Shown: positions 62,134-64,000 of the stretch, one piece after another
Layout of the letters: every line of letters starts with the position of its first letter
Numbering within the stretch: the first letter of the stretch is position 1
NCBI RefSeq assembly: GCF_963921235.1
Contig: NC_086118.1
Coordinates: forward strand, 17,176,001 to 17,240,000
Source of the DNA: Mobula hypostoma
Lineage: Eukaryota
Reading direction: 5' to 3'
DNA: 64,000 nt
Program-made: the position numbers and the translations under genes
Notes under the pieces: model-generated
Databases searched by the model: none
The model's input: only the letters and a program-made list of their open reading frames with translations
What the model was told of the DNA's origin: nothing

Positions 62134-62436
62134 CTTAAAAAGACTTTAAGAGCTATGTGCATCTTCTGTTTTGACTTCTGCTCCAGTTATACCAGCTACT
62201 GCTGTTGGTTGAATGTTAAAAACATCCAATAAAAGGTATTTTTTACTATCTTTATCCTTGTTATTTCATTCACTGGCAATATAAAAGAGACCATACTCAC
62301 CACATTTTTTCTGTTTGCATAACCATCCACTCTCTTGCGTAGCATTAGGAAAACCCCAATAAAATTACATAAAGCATCTCAAACGGTTCTGATTATCATT
62401 TATTTTCAAAAAACTCTCCTTTAATCTGCTAGATGC
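62134..62436 (-). pseudogene. Copy A exon remnant, 5' side of the CR1 insertion
   Basis: Strong acceptor ttttctcctcttcctag; KKYLLLDVFN~RLTEVDVYD (weak). Alternative donor GTGAGT at 62300. Confidence 0.5.
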
Positions 62437-62890
62437 CTAGGAAGAGGAGAAAATTGTAATTCTCAATGAACAGTTTAAAACAGCCACCATATAGCATTTT
62501 GTCTCACAAAGGTCTCTCGTAGCAAACATCAGCACATCCATTCCAGGAGATTAGAATGTAGAACAGTACAGCACTGAACAGGTCATTTGGCCCATGATAT
62601 TGTACCAATATTGATGTCAATTTGTACTAAGTTTCATCACCCAGTGTATCTGGAGAGCAGTCTGCAATGTACAACGTGCTACATGTTTCCTGGAGACACA
62701 AGAGATTGGAGGTGCTGGAACCTGGAGCAACATGCAAGGTGCTGGAGGAACTCAGCACTTCAGACAGTGCCTGCAGAGGACAATAGACCGTTGATATTTC
62801 AACCAAAACCAGACGAAACAATGGCAGCTTATTCTCTCCGCTGATGCTGCCTAACCTACTGAGTTCCTCCTGCTTCACACTTGTTGCCAC

Positions 62891-63526
62891 CTGTGACCTT
62901 GAACCATAACTGAAAATGAAAGTCAGGTAAGGTTGTTGTGTATTTAATATTTCAGTTATATTTGAGTAATCTTCTGTGTATCTAGAGATTGATTAAGCAT
63001 TCTTGTTCATTTAGCTAATTAATTAAGGGTTATATGCCTAAATGTGTGAATTGCATACATCATCACGCTCCTGCGTGACACATGCGTGCCTCGCTTAAAG
63101 TAAACACGAAGTTAGACCCGCATTCTCAGACTCCCATGTCTTCCTTTGAATTAGTTTAATGTTTTGAAGTTACAAAACATAACAGTTGTAAATTCAGGCA
63201 GAACATCCATAATGTTTGCTGAAGTTCAATTCACGAGCAGTCTGATTTATCATAATTCAGACAGGAATCACAGTTGCCTGATTGTCCACCATTCTCTGGA
63301 TACAGGACAAGTATGCCCAGCAGTAGGGGAATGGCAGAATTCCGGCATGGTGCATGGAGATCCCTTGAGATTAACATCTGATGTCTTTACTGTCCAAGGC
63401 AACCACTATGGCACATATGATTACAAGTCCACCTACTGACCCATCGTAAGTTGGACCATACTTTAGACAAATATCCCATAGCTGATAATGACAATCAGTA
63501 GCCATTCTCTTTATATTCTCCTACAT
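62891..63526 (-). pseudogene. Copy A exon remnant interrupted by a solo-LTR-like repeat
   Basis: Strong acceptor ttcttgtgttgttccag; LIVIISYG/YLSKVWSNLRWVS and, past the repeat, PDFHFQLWFKVTG~DGFHPRRLLLSG. Confidence 0.55.
62934..63184 (+). mobile_element. Solo-LTR-like repeat
   Basis: TGTTG...TAACA ends, about 250 bp, related copy at 28066-28342; no clean TSD. Confidence 0.55.
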
Positions 63527-64000
63527 CTGGAACAACACAAGAAAGGAGAACACTTTTGCGAAGGTTAAGCATTAAACTGGAAACTGTACCGGGCATAAAA
63601 AGATATGATAGATTGATTTATACTGGGGGATGTTATGTAAAGATTTAGATCAAAATAAAGATCATGACAATGGAATAGAACACAGGTCTGTAGCGATTAA
63701 GCTTAATAACTGTACGACAGTAATTTTTAAAAGGGTATTTCAAACACTCAGAGGTCAGAGAGCATTTATAGAAAGAGAAAAAGAGTTAACATTTCAGGTT
63801 CGAGACCCTTTGGCGGAACTTAAGTATATCGGATCTGAAGCGTAATCTTTCTCTTTCCACAGATGCTGCCTGACCTGCTGAGTACTCACAGTATTTTGTA
63901 TTCTGCTGAAGCTGCTGTCTTCCCCCTTTCTTCATTTAGTTCTACAGCTTCCCCCACCTTAGATATTACACGACAAAAACAAGATGAATGGTGTTGTGCT

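Larger units (their letters stand above)
55990..63526 (-). pseudogene. Decayed divergent GREB1-family gene, copy A (C-terminal part; upstream exons beyond the right edge)
   Basis: Collinear motif matches to recalled GREB1: WSNLRWVS~YCDLRLIN, FEKSIPF~FKKLPF, LSLAIHEAYRSSH~MRLSKYAAYNTYH, IVCP..HSLMNALY~IKSP..HGLFNLY, LVILEDQL~LVVKEYEM, HQLQNE..IFLMDD~HNLELE..IVISDD, NNFSLK~NRFSVMK, IIKRFLQ~LLEKFLQ, SSLKD~SSLRQ. Confidence 0.75.

Noticed and set aside
1..64000. Minus-strand bias of LINEs as proof of a piRNA cluster
   Set aside because: The bias is only partial (several plus-strand CR1, Rex1, Penelope and L1 copies) and cannot be assessed without small-RNA data.

Overview
Eukaryotic, repeat-rich vertebrate DNA, most likely from a cartilaginous fish (ray or shark), judged from HE1/V-SINEs, esterase-ORF1 CR1 LINEs, Rex1/Babar, RTE, Penelope and Tc1/Tigger elements. 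I see no intact host protein-coding gene; almost all long ORFs in the track are retroelement or antisense shadow ORFs. The unique sequence between the repeats appears to hold two tandem, minus-strand, stop- and frameshift-riddled, highly divergent GREB1-family genes. Copy A (about 63.5 to 56.0 kb) covers the permuted-helicase, glycosyltransferase-like and C-terminal parts; copy B (20.3 kb to beyond the left edge) covers the N-terminal part. A CpG-rich, possibly bidirectional promoter lies between them at about 38 kb. The GREB1 assignment comes from manual translation compared with the human GREB1 sequence as I recall it, and needs a real profile search. Other notable structures are an in-frame CR1-RTE chimeric reverse transcriptase ORF, Penelope minimal hammerhead ribozymes, a Penelope composite that captured nearby DNA, and several nested insertions with target-site duplications (TSDs). 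Boundaries of old repeats are approximate.
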